DNA of 64,000 nucleotides from contig NC_082734.1 in NCBI RefSeq assembly GCF_030144855.1, positions 3,100,001-3,164,000 on the forward strand, given 5' to 3'. This DNA comes from Hypanus sabinus. Taxonomy: Eukaryota. Below are positions 63,780 through 64,000 of the stretch, in pieces (positions within the stretch are counted from its first letter, which is position 1; every line of letters starts with the position of its first letter). Under the pieces are notes generated by a model. That model was not told where the DNA came from. It was given only the letters and a program-made list of their open reading frames with translations, and searched no databases. A program made the translations under genes and the position numbers.

Positions 63780-63813
63780 ATCTTGGGAATTACGGACAGC
63801 CGTCAGCTCAGAG
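63780..63813 (+). CDS. FUS: FUS-like coding exon 2: (D)LGNYGQPSAQ(S/R)
   Basis: Strong polypyrimidine tract, tgtag|AT...CAGAG|gtaagc; phase 1-2 as in FUS exon 2; joined N-terminus MASNDLGNYGQPSAQ. The rest of the gene is beyond the window. Confidence 0.72.
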
Positions 63814-64000
63814 GTAAGCCCACCGCTAGTTGGTCCCACCTTCTCTTCCCCTGCCCCCCACTTGTCCACCTCTACTCGGTCCCACCTTCTCTTCCCCTGC
63901 CCCCCACTTGTCTGACAACAAGAAACTCCTCACATGGGTCCCTTCCACCATGGACATTCTCTCCCCTCCTCCTTCTGTGCAAGGACAGAATTAGGCCTTT

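Overview
Vertebrate genomic DNA, GC-rich and dense in CR1-type LINEs. The repeat content looks like a cartilaginous fish, probably a ray (inference; no search was run). Exon by exon I can assemble four spliced genes whose human orthologues all lie on 16p11.2. (1) The 3' end of a divergent PHKG2-like phosphorylase kinase gamma gene (+, 280-2433). (2) CFAP119/CCDC189 (-, 2940-11600), tail-to-tail with PHKG2. (3) A complete RNF40/BRE1B (+, non-coding exon ending 12253, 19 coding exons 17779-42368, 1032 aa), head-to-head with CFAP119 on a shared promoter. (4) The CpG island and first two exons of a FET-family gene, most likely FUS (+, 57691-57703 and 63780-63813). Introns and intergenic DNA hold 52-nt and 76/78-nt tandem repeats, a near full-length CR1, a Tx1-like 3' fragment, two Tc1 relics, Tigger/pogo and hAT non-autonomous elements, and many LINE/SINE fragments. 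Most ORF-track entries are spurious. I cannot support a wholly new biological system. The best leads are strand-polarised purine/pyrimidine intron architecture with sense-oriented satellites, a possible intron in a CR1 5' UTR, two Tigger elements with a shared core but different termini, back-to-back poly(A) signals, and the divergent PHKG C-terminus.
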